From Planctomycetota bacterium (GTDB taxonomy: Bacteria > Planctomycetota > UBA11346), in NCBI GenBank assembly GCA_025055595.1, contig JANWWU010000078.1, forward strand, positions 16,257 through 80,256: DNA of 64,000 nucleotides, read 5' to 3'. The notes under the pieces were generated by a model. That model ran no database searches. It was not told the origin of the DNA and worked only from the letters and a program-made list of their open reading frames with translations. Both the position numbers and the translations under genes were made by a program. Positions 34,809-43,392 of the stretch are shown here, one piece after another; position 1 is the first letter of the stretch; every line of letters starts with the position of its first letter.

Positions 34809-35705
34809 ATGCCGCGTCGAGAAGGGCAGTCGACGGGGTGGCGGTGGACGCTGGCCCTCTGCGCGCTGCTGGCCGGCGTCGGCCTCAGCCTCTTCGCGCT
34901 GGCCCTCCGCCCGTGCCGCTTCGTCATCGAGCCTGGGGAGTCCGTGGCCTGGGAGCTGACGGTTCGCTCCGCCGCCAGCGGCGAGGCGACGGCCGCGGCA
35001 CGCGCCACCCGCATGGTGATCCGACTGCTCGGGCTGGGCCCGGAGCCCGAAGCGGTCGCCTGGTTCGCTGGGCCGAGCGCGGAGCGGGCCAGCGCCTTCC
35101 ACCTCGCGATGCTGCCCGTCGACGGGGCGCTGCGCCTGCGCACGCCCGAGGGGCGCATCGCGTTGAGCGGGCCCCACTGCCTGGGCTTCGACTTCAACCT
35201 GCTGCCGCTGCCGCCGGGGGCGGAGCAGAGCTGGCGCGCGAGCGTCGTCTGGGCGCCCTTGCCGCCAGACAAGCAGCTGGTGCCGGTCGAGGTCCGCCGC
35301 CTGCGCGCCAACGCTTGGCCCGAGTTCCGCTGCCTGTTTCCGCCGAGCATCGAGTGGGTGGATCCGCACAGCGGACGCTATCGGCAAGTGCGGGGTCTCG
35401 CCGCCACCTACCGCTTCGATACGCTGCGCGGGCTGCCGGTGTGGGCGCTCGTGCGCTGGACGTTGCGCGAGGAGCTGCCGCCGCCGCAGGGCTTCGCGTC
35501 CCGCGACTACGAGTGCGAGCTGCGCTTCCTCGAGCGGCGGAGGCATGGGGAGCCGGCGGCGCTGCGGCAGGCCGCGGCCCTCGCCCAGCGCGTGCACGAG
35601 GCGCGAGCCGCCGGCCAGCGCCCGGCGCTCGCCTGGCTCGCCGCCCTGCAGGCCGCCGGCGAGCCGTTCGCCTCCCTCGCCGGCGCGAGCCCGGAGCGCC
35701 TCTGA
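34809..35705 (+). CDS. hypothetical secreted protein (298 aa)
   Basis: Internal Met MPRREGQSTGWRWTLALCALLAGVGLSLFALAL (signal-like). It is divergent from the HEAT-REC gene. The stop abuts the ATG of the next gene. Confidence 0.55.
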   Translation: MPRREGQSTGWRWTLALCALLAGVGLSLFALALRPCRFVIEPGESVAWELTVRSAASGEATAAARATRMVIRLLGLGPEPEAVAWFAGPSAERASAFHLAMLPVDGALRLRTPEGRIALSGPHCLGFDFNLLPLPPGAEQSWRASVVWAPLPPDKQLVPVEVRRLRANAWPEFRCLFPPSIEWVDPHSGRYRQVRGLAATYRFDTLRGLPVWALVRWTLREELPPPQGFASRDYECELRFLERRRHGEPAALRQAAALAQRVHEARAAGQRPALAWLAALQAAGEPFASLAGASPERL

Positions 35706-36776
35706 ATGCGCTGGGCAGTGGCGCTGCTGATGCTGGCGGCGCTCTCCGCCATGGAACGCGCGATCATCGACGATCCGCGACTGGCGCTCGACTGGCTGCC
35801 GGATCGCCCGTCCCAGCAGGCCTGGCGCGCGCTGTTCGATCCGCATGCGGTGTGGCCCGAGCGCGATGTCGACCTGCTGGCGAGCGCTCACGGCGAGCGG
35901 TTGACGACCTTGTGGGCCGCTCGCCTGTGGTACCGCGGCGAGCCGTGGACGCGGCGCGAGCACGAGCCGATCAACCTGCGGCGCTGGCGCGTCGTCGACC
36001 GCGCCGTGCGCCTGGCGATCATCCGCGACCTGCGCTGGCGGCGCGATCCGCGCCTCGTCGCGGTGCTGCTCGGCTTCCTGCAGCGCGAATCCGAGGACGT
36101 CGGCCTGGTGGTCAACGCCCTGGCCGCGCTGTCGCTGATCGACCCGCCCGCCGGACGCCAGGCGGCGCTGCGCCTCGCCGATCCGCGTCGCCCCGATCGC
36201 CTGCCAGCCGCCGGCCTGCCGGGGGCCCGCAGCGCGGCCCTCGCCCTCGCCCTGGAGAGCGGGCCGCTCGACGAGCCGCTGCAGGCCGCGCTCTCCTGGG
36301 CCCTGCTGACCGCCGACGGCGGCGAGCGCATCGCCGCCCTCGGCCGGCTGCCGCGCGGCGCGGTCCCCGAGCTGTGCGGTGCGGCGCTGCAGCGCCTGCT
36401 CGAGCCCGCGCAGCGGGGCGCGCTGCGCGACGAGGATCTCGCGGCCGGGGTGCTGATCTGCGCGCGCCTCGAGGGCCCGCTCGGCGAACGCGTGCTGCAG
36501 GCGCTGGGCACGCTGGCGGTGGCGGCGCCGCGCGAGCTCGCCTGCGCCGCCGCCACCGCCTTGGCGCGCGTCGTCAGCTGGCGCCACGCGATCGATCCCC
36601 AGCCCCTGCTCGAGCGCTTCCAGCGCGACCCCGATCCCTCGGTGCGGCACGCGTTGGCCGCGGCCCTGGTGCGCATCGCTCCCGATCGCCTGGCGTCGCG
36701 CCGCGAGGCCGCGGCCTGGGCGGTGCTCGCAGCCCACCGCCTGGCCCTGCAGGACTGGGACTGGCATCGCCCATGA
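35706..36776 (+). CDS. secreted HEAT-repeat protein
   Basis: MRWAVALLMLAALSAMERA is signal-like. It is followed by repeated Ala/Leu-rich HEAT-like helical pairs. The stop overlaps the rsmB-like ATG. Confidence 0.6.
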   Translation: MRWAVALLMLAALSAMERAIIDDPRLALDWLPDRPSQQAWRALFDPHAVWPERDVDLLASAHGERLTTLWAARLWYRGEPWTRREHEPINLRRWRVVDRAVRLAIIRDLRWRRDPRLVAVLLGFLQRESEDVGLVVNALAALSLIDPPAGRQAALRLADPRRPDRLPAAGLPGARSAALALALESGPLDEPLQAALSWALLTADGGERIAALGRLPRGAVPELCGAALQRLLEPAQRGALRDEDLAAGVLICARLEGPLGERVLQALGTLAVAAPRELACAAATALARVVSWRHAIDPQPLLERFQRDPDPSVRHALAAALVRIAPDRLASRREAAAWAVLAAHRLALQDWDWHRP

Positions 36777-37744
36777 ACAACGAGGAGGCGCTGCCCGCCG
36801 CCTTCGTCGCCCTGCTGCGCGAGATCGCTGGCGACGCCGCCGAGCAGGTGCTCGCCGGCTGCACCGGCGACCGCTGCCCGGCCTTCCGCGCCAACACGCT
36901 GAAGGCCGGACGGCGCGCGCTGTGCCGGGAGCTCGCGCAGGCCGGCATCGTCTACCGCCCCCATCCGCTCTCGGACTGGTCGTTCACCACCACCGCGGAG
37001 GGCGAGGCGCGGCTCAAGGCCAGCGCGCCCTACGCTGCGGGCTGGGTGTACAGCCAAGGCCTGGCCAGCCAACTGCCGGCCATCCTGCTGCCGCTGTCGT
37101 CTGGCGTGCGCGTACTCGATGCCTGCGCCGCTCCCGGCGGCAAGACCACCCTGCTGGCGATGCGTCTCGGCAACGGCGGCGCCGGGATCACGGCCTGCGA
37201 TCGCGCGCCCGGCCGCTTCGCGCAGCTGCTGCATACCCTGCGGCTGCTCGGCGCGCACCGCGTGCAGGCACTGCGCTGCGACATGCGGCGGCCGCCGCCG
37301 GCGATCGCCGCCGAGCGCTGGGACCGCGTGCTCGTCGACGCGCCCTGCTCGGGCAGCGGCACCGTCCGCCTCGATCGGCCGGCGACCTGGCAGCGCCTCA
37401 GCTTCGACTACGAGGGCTATGTCGCGTCGCGCGTGCGCATCCAGACCGCGCTCGTCGAGCGCGCGGCGGCCCTGCTCGCCCCCGGCGGCCTGCTGCTCTA
37501 CAGCACCTGCTCGCTCGATCCGCGCGAGAACGAGGGCGTCGTGCGCCACCTGCTGCACCTGCGCGCGCCGCTCGAGCCGCTCGACCTGTCGCGCTGGGCC
37601 AAGCCCTTCGGAGCCAGCGCCGGACCGGGCCTGCGCCGCTTCCGCGATCAGGAGTACGGCGAGTTCGCGGCGGCCTGCCTGCGCCTGTGGCCGTGCCGCG
37701 AGCACGAGGGCTTCTTCGTCGCCCTGCTGCGCCGTCGGCGCTAG
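36773..37744 (+). CDS. rRNA/tRNA cytosine-C5 methyltransferase, NOL1/NOP2/Sun (RsmB/RsmF) family
   Basis: SAM motif DACAAPGGKTT, the catalytic PC in DAPCSGSGT, and the TC in LYSTCS. It has 323 aa and no NusB-like N-terminal domain, so it is more RsmF-like than RsmB. Confidence 0.8.
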   Translation: MNNEEALPAAFVALLREIAGDAAEQVLAGCTGDRCPAFRANTLKAGRRALCRELAQAGIVYRPHPLSDWSFTTTAEGEARLKASAPYAAGWVYSQGLASQLPAILLPLSSGVRVLDACAAPGGKTTLLAMRLGNGGAGITACDRAPGRFAQLLHTLRLLGAHRVQALRCDMRRPPPAIAAERWDRVLVDAPCSGSGTVRLDRPATWQRLSFDYEGYVASRVRIQTALVERAAALLAPGGLLLYSTCSLDPRENEGVVRHLLHLRAPLEPLDLSRWAKPFGASAGPGLRRFRDQEYGEFAAACLRLWPCREHEGFFVALLRRRR

Positions 37745-38829
37745 CGCTCTTCCCAGGGCAGGCCGAGGACCTCGGCGACCGCGCGCGCCTTGTCGCGCGC
37801 TTCCTGCCACTCCTGCGCGGGGTCGCTGTCGGCGACGATGCCGCCGCCTGCGCGCAGCCACAGCGTCGCGCCGGCGATCTCGACGGTGCGAATCGCGACC
37901 GCCAGCTCGCAGCCACCGCCGGCCAGCCGCCCATAGGCCCCGCACCAGTGGCCGCGCGACGCGCCCTCGAGGGCGGCGATGTGCCGCATCGCCGCGCGCT
38001 TGGGCGCCCCGGTGATCGAGCCGGCGGGGAAGCAGGCCGCGATCACCGCCGACAGCGGGGTCCCCGGTCGCAGGCGGGCCGAGACCTGCGCCAAGCGGTG
38101 GTGCAGGTGCGGCAGATCGACGACGGAGCCGGGATCATCGACGCGCACGCCGCCCGGCACCGCGACGCGCCCGAGGTCGTGGCGGCAGAGATCGACGATC
38201 ATCGCCAGCTCCGCGCGCTCCTTCTCGCTGGCCGCCAGCTCGGCGCGCACCGCCGCCTCCTCGCCGCGCCGGCGGCGGCGCGTGCCCTTGATCGGACGCA
38301 TCGTCGCGACCCCGTCGCGCACCGCCAAGAAGAGCTCCGGGCTGTTGCCGACGATCGCCGGCCCCGCGCCGCCGCGCAGCAGGCAGGCATAGGGCGCGGG
38401 ATCGCGCGCGCGCAGCGCCAGATGCAGGGCGACATCGGGGCAGGGATGCGGGGCCAGCGCGATGCGCCAGGTGCAGCCGAGGTTGAGCTGGTAGACCTCG
38501 CCGGCGGCGATCGCCGCCTGCGCCGCCCGCACCCGCGCGCGATGGCCCTCGCCGTCCCACGCCGCGCTGCAGGACAGCGCGCGCGGCGGCTCGAGCATGC
38601 TCGCTCCCGCCAACGGATAGGAGGAGGCGGCGCTCAGATCCCAGGCCCGGCCCGGCTCCTGCGGGAAGCCGTAGGGCAGCGCGATGAACCAGGCTCCGTC
38701 CCGGTCGAGATCGCTCCACGCCCGCAGCGGCCGCGGCTCGCCGAAGGCCACCCATCCCTGCTCGCCCTGCACCCAGGCCGCGCCGGCTTCGTCCGCCGCC
38801 GCCAGCAGGGCCTCCTCGTAGCTGCTCAC
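37741..38829 (-). CDS. chorismate-binding enzyme (aminodeoxychorismate synthase component I PabB-like / TrpE family, short form)
   Basis: PIKGT and SITGAPKRAAMRHIAALEG...RG.YGG are chorismate-utilising enzyme signatures. There is a 4-nt convergent overlap with the rsmB-like gene. Confidence 0.7.
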   Translation of the reverse strand: MSSYEEALLAAADEAGAAWVQGEQGWVAFGEPRPLRAWSDLDRDGAWFIALPYGFPQEPGRAWDLSAASSYPLAGASMLEPPRALSCSAAWDGEGHRARVRAAQAAIAAGEVYQLNLGCTWRIALAPHPCPDVALHLALRARDPAPYACLLRGGAGPAIVGNSPELFLAVRDGVATMRPIKGTRRRRRGEEAAVRAELAASEKERAELAMIVDLCRHDLGRVAVPGGVRVDDPGSVVDLPHLHHRLAQVSARLRPGTPLSAVIAACFPAGSITGAPKRAAMRHIAALEGASRGHWCGAYGRLAGGGCELAVAIRTVEIAGATLWLRAGGGIVADSDPAQEWQEARDKARAVAEVLGLPWEER

Positions 38830-39692
38830 AGCGCGGCGCAGCGCATGCTGAGGTCGAGGGCGGGCGCGCTGTGGGTCAGCGCGCCGACGGAGATCCGATC
38901 GACGCCGGTCTCGGCGATCGCGCGCACCGTCGCCAGGGTCACGCCGCCGCTCGCTTCGAGCTCGACGGCGGCGCCGCTGCCGTCGCGCCAGGCCACCGCC
39001 GCGCGCAGCTCATCGAGCGCCATGTTGTCGAGCAGGACGATCTCGGCGCCGGCCGCGACCACCGCCGGCAGGTCGGCGACGCGCTCGATCTCCACCGCGA
39101 TCCGCACGGCGCGCCCGAGCACCTGTCGCGCCCGCTCCACGGCGCGCGCCGGCGTGCCGAGGCCGCCGAGCGCGATGTGGTTCTCCTTGATCAACACCGC
39201 GTCATGCAGCCCCAGGCGATGGTTGCAGCCGCCCGCGCAGGCCACGGCGTGCTTCTCGAGGGCCCGCCAGCCGGGCGTCGTCTTGCGCGTGTCGTAGATG
39301 CGGGCCCGCGTGCCGGCGACGGCGGCGACGAAGCGCGCGGTCAGCGTCGCGATGCCGGAGAGGCGCTGCGCGATGTTGAGCGCCGTCCGCTCGCCAGCCA
39401 ACAGGGTGCGCGCGCGGCCCGCACCGCGCAGGACGACGCTGCCGGCAGCGACCGCGGTGCCGTCGGCAGCCAGCGCTTCGAGCGCGACATCGCCGCCGCA
39501 GGCGGCGAAGACCCGCTCAAAGATCGGCAGGCCGCAGATCACGCCCGCGCTCTTGGCGGTGACGGCGAAGCGCAGGCGCGCGTCCTCGGGAACGAGGGCC
39601 TGCGTCGTCAGGTCCGCCCCGCCGCGCAGGTCCTCGGCGAGCGCCAGCGCGATCGCCTGCGTGACCTCCGGCAGCTCGTAGGGATCGGGCAT
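38826..39692 (-). CDS. nadC: nicotinate-nucleotide pyrophosphorylase [carboxylating] (quinolinate phosphoribosyltransferase)
   Basis: ERTALNIAQRLSGIAT, DTRKTTPG and LIKENHI. The stop overlaps the start of the downstream gene (ATGA). Confidence 0.9.
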   Translation of the reverse strand: MPDPYELPEVTQAIALALAEDLRGGADLTTQALVPEDARLRFAVTAKSAGVICGLPIFERVFAACGGDVALEALAADGTAVAAGSVVLRGAGRARTLLAGERTALNIAQRLSGIATLTARFVAAVAGTRARIYDTRKTTPGWRALEKHAVACAGGCNHRLGLHDAVLIKENHIALGGLGTPARAVERARQVLGRAVRIAVEIERVADLPAVVAAGAEIVLLDNMALDELRAAVAWRDGSGAAVELEASGGVTLATVRAIAETGVDRISVGALTHSAPALDLSMRCAAL

Positions 39693-39737
39693 AGCGCTAC
39701 CCTATTCCCTGCGCGGCAGGCGCCACAGCATCCGTCC

Positions 39738-40382
39738 ATGCCGTCGGGGATCGTCGTCGCCCTCGCCGCCTGGCTGAGCGCCGGCGCGCTGATGCTGCTC
39801 AGCGCGCGCCTCCTCGGCCCCCACCCCGACCCGCTGTGGCAGGTGCTCGGCGCGATGGGCGCGGCGGCCGCGGCCTGCGTGCTGACGCTGTGGGGCGCGC
39901 GCCTGCCCGCCGCCGCCAACGGCTTCGCGCTGCCGCGGGCCGCGGCCTGGATCCTGGCCGTGGCGGTCGGCATCGCCGGCCTGCTCAGCTCGCTGCTGGC
40001 GGCGACGCTCGTGTTCGCGCTGTTCGGCCGGCCGGAGGGCGTGCAGCCGGTCGAGCGCGTGGTCGGCGAGCTCTTCGCCCGCTACGGGTTCTGGGGCACG
40101 GTGCTGCTGGCCGCGGTGCTGCCCGGCATCGTCGAGGAGGCGCTGTTCCGCGGCGTCGTGCTCTCGGCCCTGCGCCGCCACTGGCCGGACGGTCTGGCGA
40201 TCGCGGTCAGCAGCCTGGCCTTCGCCCTCCTGCACCTCGATCCCTGGCGCTTCCTGCCGCAGGCCGTCCTCGCCCTGCTGCTCGGCTGGCTGACGGTGCG
40301 CAGCGCCTCCTGCCTCCCGGCGATGCTCGCGCACGCCGTGCACAACGCGCTGGTGCTCGGCCTCGTGCACGCCGGGCTCTAG
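39738..40382 (+). CDS. CPBP family intramembrane glutamic endopeptidase (CAAX protease-like)
   Basis: Motifs EEALFRG, FALLH and HAVHN in a protein with about six TM helices. The start is taken at an internal Met (residue 290 of track ORF 38871..40382). Confidence 0.7.
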   Translation: MPSGIVVALAAWLSAGALMLLSARLLGPHPDPLWQVLGAMGAAAAACVLTLWGARLPAAANGFALPRAAAWILAVAVGIAGLLSSLLAATLVFALFGRPEGVQPVERVVGELFARYGFWGTVLLAAVLPGIVEEALFRGVVLSALRRHWPDGLAIAVSSLAFALLHLDPWRFLPQAVLALLLGWLTVRSASCLPAMLAHAVHNALVLGLVHAGL

Positions 40383-40384
40383 GC

Positions 40385-41215
40385 TCAGGGCGCCAGCCAG
40401 TCGGGGCCCCAAACCAGCGCTCCGCCGCTGTGGCCGGCGAGCGCGACCGCGAGCGCCGTCGCGAGCAGCACTCCCAACAGCGCCCAGCGCCGTCCGGGCA
40501 GCGCCAGCGCCCAGAGGCTGGCGAGCAGGGCGCCACCGACCGCGATCCAGCCCGCCAGCTGATGGCGCGCCAGCAGGGTCGGGTCCTGATCGCTGGCCAG
40601 GAGCTGGCCGCTGAGCGCCGCGAGGAGGGCGCTGCCGGCTCCGAGCGCGCTGGCCAGCATCACCGCCGGCTGCCAGCGCGCGCCGCCGCCGATGACCAGC
40701 GCCTGCAGCAGGCAGGCCAGCGCAAGGAAGGCGATCGGGAAATGGACGAGCGCGGGATGCAGGCGTCCCAGCCACGGGGGCCGCGGCGGCGGGGAGGCGG
40801 GAGCGACGATGTCCGCCGCCTCGTCCGGCCAGGGCGCGCCGATCTCGACCCAGCGCTCGAAGTCGCGGATCACCGCCTCCGGCAGGCGATAGTTCGGCGG
40901 CATGTTGAGATCGCTGTCGCCCTCCCAGCGCATCGCCCGCAGCAGGGCGCTGTTGACGGGGTCGCCCGGAATCACCGCCGGTCCTTCGTCCCAGCCGCCG
41001 GCGAGCAGGCTCTCGTAACGATCGACGGCCAGGCCGCCATAGCGCCGCTCCCCGCCATGGCACTGGTAGCAGTGCTCAACGAGCACCGGCCGGATCCGCT
41101 CCTCGAAGAAGGCGACAGCACGCGGGTTCGGCCCGACGCGCACGCGGCCGAGCGTCGCCTCGCCGGCCGGCGCGGCGCCCAACAGCGCCAGCAGCGCGGC
41201 GAGCGCGCGCAGCAT
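40385..41215 (-). CDS. membrane protein with a PSCyt1 (planctomycete cytochrome c) domain and a DUF2231-like membrane domain
   Basis: Signal peptide MLRALAALLALLGAAPAGEA. HCYQCHGG...GGLAVD...GPAVIPGDPVNSALL is the PSCyt1 signature. HPALVHFPIAFLALA plus further TM helices is DUF2231-like. It begins 4 nt after the nspC stop. Confidence 0.7.
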   Translation of the reverse strand: MLRALAALLALLGAAPAGEATLGRVRVGPNPRAVAFFEERIRPVLVEHCYQCHGGERRYGGLAVDRYESLLAGGWDEGPAVIPGDPVNSALLRAMRWEGDSDLNMPPNYRLPEAVIRDFERWVEIGAPWPDEAADIVAPASPPPRPPWLGRLHPALVHFPIAFLALACLLQALVIGGGARWQPAVMLASALGAGSALLAALSGQLLASDQDPTLLARHQLAGWIAVGGALLASLWALALPGRRWALLGVLLATALAVALAGHSGGALVWGPDWLAP

Positions 41216-41219
41216 GCGC

Positions 41220-42383
41220 TCAACCCAGGCGCCGCTTGTAGTCGTCATAGGAGAACTGGCGCAGGATCCGCAGCTCACGGCCGTCCCAGGTGGCGAGCGC
41301 CGGATGCTTGACGCCATTGAACATCGTCGTCTTGACCATCGTGTAGTGCGCCATGTCGGCGAAGACCAGGCGCTGGCCGACGCGCAGCGGCTCGGCGAAC
41401 GACCAGTCGCCGATGACATCGCCAGCGAGGCAGGTCGGGCCGCCGAGACGATAGGTGTAGGGCAGCACGCCGGGCGCGGCCGCGCCGTGGATGGTCGGCC
41501 GATAGGGCATCTCCAGGACATCCGGCATGTGCGCGGTCGCCGAGACATCGAGCACCGCGATCGCCATGCCGTTGCGCAGGACATCGAGCACGCTGGCGAC
41601 CAGCACCCCGGTGCCGAGCGCGATCGCCTCCCCGGGCTCGAGGTACACGGTGAGCTGCGGGTAGCGCGCGCGCAGAGCGCGGATGCTGGCGATCAGGGCC
41701 TCGACATCGTAGTCGGCGCGCGTGATGTGATGGCCGCCGCCGCAGTTCAGCCAGCGCACGCGCGGCAGCCAGTCGCCGAAGCGGCGCTCGACGGCGGCGA
41801 GCACGCGCGCGAAGACATCGGCTCCCTGCTCGCACATCACATGGAAATGCAGGCCGTCGACGCCCGGCGGCAGCTCGTCGCCGAACTCAGCACGGATCGT
41901 GCCGAGCCGGCTGCCGGGGACGCAGGGGTTGTAGAGCGCGACCTCGATCTCGGCGTACTCGGGATTGATGCGGATGCCGACCTCGCGGCGCTCGGGATAG
42001 GCGCGCACCGCCGGCAGGTGCCGCGCCAGCTGGCTCGGCGAGTTGAAGATCAGGTGATCGGAGACGGCCAGCGATTCCGCCAGGTCGCGATCGCTGAAGG
42101 CCGGCGCATAGGTGTGGACTTCCTTGCCGAACTCCTCGCGCGCCAGCCGCGCTTCGTAGGGGCCCGAGGCGGCGCAGCCGTCGAGCCAGGGCCGCAGGAC
42201 GGGGAAGACCGGCCACATCGCGAAGCCCTTGAGCGCGGCGAGGATCCGGCAGCCGGCAGCGCGGCGCACCCGATCGAGCAGGCGGGCATTGCGCTCGAGC
42301 AGCCGCAGGTCGACGACGAAGCAGGGGCTCGGCAGCGCCTCCCAATCGAGGTCGTGGATCGGCGTCTCGGGGATCGGATGCAT
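41220..42383 (-). CDS. nspC: carboxynorspermidine/carboxyspermidine decarboxylase
   Basis: 387 aa. The N-terminus ...SPCFVVDLRLLERNARLL matches the NspC TPxYVxDE..L pattern, and the fold is a PLP-dependent decarboxylase-like fold II. Confidence 0.85.
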   Translation of the reverse strand: MHPIPETPIHDLDWEALPSPCFVVDLRLLERNARLLDRVRRAAGCRILAALKGFAMWPVFPVLRPWLDGCAASGPYEARLAREEFGKEVHTYAPAFSDRDLAESLAVSDHLIFNSPSQLARHLPAVRAYPERREVGIRINPEYAEIEVALYNPCVPGSRLGTIRAEFGDELPPGVDGLHFHVMCEQGADVFARVLAAVERRFGDWLPRVRWLNCGGGHHITRADYDVEALIASIRALRARYPQLTVYLEPGEAIALGTGVLVASVLDVLRNGMAIAVLDVSATAHMPDVLEMPYRPTIHGAAAPGVLPYTYRLGGPTCLAGDVIGDWSFAEPLRVGQRLVFADMAHYTMVKTTMFNGVKHPALATWDGRELRILRQFSYDDYKRRLG

Positions 42384-42423
42384 CGGTTGATGCAGTTGAC
42401 CGGCCGAGGGCAGCGCACAAGCC

Positions 42424-43068
42424 TCAGGCCGAGGGCGGCACCGTGCCCGGCACGAACGGCACGAAGCGCACGCCGCCGAGGCAAGAGCGCCGTCCGCCCT
42501 CGTAGAGCCAGAGCTCCTGCTCCTCCGGCGGCCCGAGCGGCATCACCAGCCGGCCCTGCGGCGCCAGCTGCGCCAGCAGCGCCGGCGGCACGGTAGCGGC
42601 GGCGGCGGCGACATGGATCGCGTCGTACGGCGCCGCCGCCGGCCAGCCGCCGTGGGCATCGGCGTGGATGACGACGACCGGCAGGCCCTGCAGGCGCTGG
42701 CGGGCGCGCTCGGCGAGATCGGCGATGCGCTCGAGCGCGTAAACCGCGCCGCCCGGCGACACCAGCTCGGCGAGCAAGGCGGCGGTGTAGCCGGAACCGC
42801 AACCGACATCGAGCACCCGCATGCCGGGAGCGAGGCGCAGGGCGGCAAGCATGCAGGCGACGACGCGCGGCTGGCTGATCGTCTGGCCGCAGCCGATCGG
42901 CAGCGCGCCGTCGGAGTAGGCGAGCGCGCGCGCGTCATCGGGGACGAAGCGCTCGCGCGGCACCGCCGCCATCGCCGCCAGCACCCGCGGGTCGCGGCAC
43001 TCGCTGAGCTGCTCGCGCACCATGCGCTGGCGCAGGCGGGCGTAGATCGGATCGTCGTCCGCCGTCAT
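42424..43068 (-). CDS. pcm: protein-L-isoaspartate O-methyltransferase
   Basis: GQTISQP signature and the SAM motif VLDVGCGSGY. Confidence 0.9.
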   Translation of the reverse strand: MTADDDPIYARLRQRMVREQLSECRDPRVLAAMAAVPRERFVPDDARALAYSDGALPIGCGQTISQPRVVACMLAALRLAPGMRVLDVGCGSGYTAALLAELVSPGGAVYALERIADLAERARQRLQGLPVVVIHADAHGGWPAAAPYDAIHVAAAAATVPPALLAQLAPQGRLVMPLGPPEEQELWLYEGGRRSCLGGVRFVPFVPGTVPPSA

Positions 43069-43083
43069 GCGCCCGTGCGCGTT

Positions 43084-43392
43084 TCACGGTGCGGCGCCAG
43101 ATCCGCTCGGCGCGCTGAGCCCCAGCTTGGCGATGATGAAGGCGATCACCTGTCCGATCGTCTCCATCCCGGGGCCGCCCGGCAGCGTCTCCTCGAAGTT
43201 GATGCCGAAAGCGTCCTCGAGGTCCATCGCGACCTCGGCGATGTCGAGGTGGTTGTCGGTGATGTCCGGCACCAGGCGCTGGCCCTCGTAGTCGAAGCCG
43301 TTGGCCAGGCCGTCGGCGAGCGGCGGCAGCTTGTGCAGCTTGTGCGTGAGGATCTCGAGGACCTCACTGCGAACGCGGTCGACATCCATCAT
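43084..43392 (-). CDS. acyl carrier protein-like protein lacking the phosphopantetheinyl-Ser (DSL replaced by NHL)
   Basis: ACP four-helix pattern: RVRSEVLEILTHKL ... DITDNHLDIAEVAMDLEDAFGI ... METIGQVIAFI. In the neighbouring canonical ACP the corresponding segment is DLGADSLDQAEITMDLEDAFAV. The start overlaps the fabF stop (ATGA). Confidence 0.6.
   Translation of the reverse strand: MMDVDRVRSEVLEILTHKLHKLPPLADGLANGFDYEGQRLVPDITDNHLDIAEVAMDLEDAFGINFEETLPGGPGMETIGQVIAFIIAKLGLSAPSGSGAAP

Noticed and set aside
34647-36767. N-terminal 707 codons of the 1507-aa minus-strand ORF 32244..36767
   Set aside because: GC3 collapses upstream of the GGAGG-ATG start. The region is occupied by two real plus-strand genes, 34809..35705 and 35706..36776, which have normal composition.
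34685-36772. 5' two-thirds of the 1019-aa plus-strand ORF 34685..37744
   Set aside because: It overlaps the two real plus-strand genes in a different frame and is Arg/Pro/Gly junk. Only the rsmB-like tail from 36773 is real.
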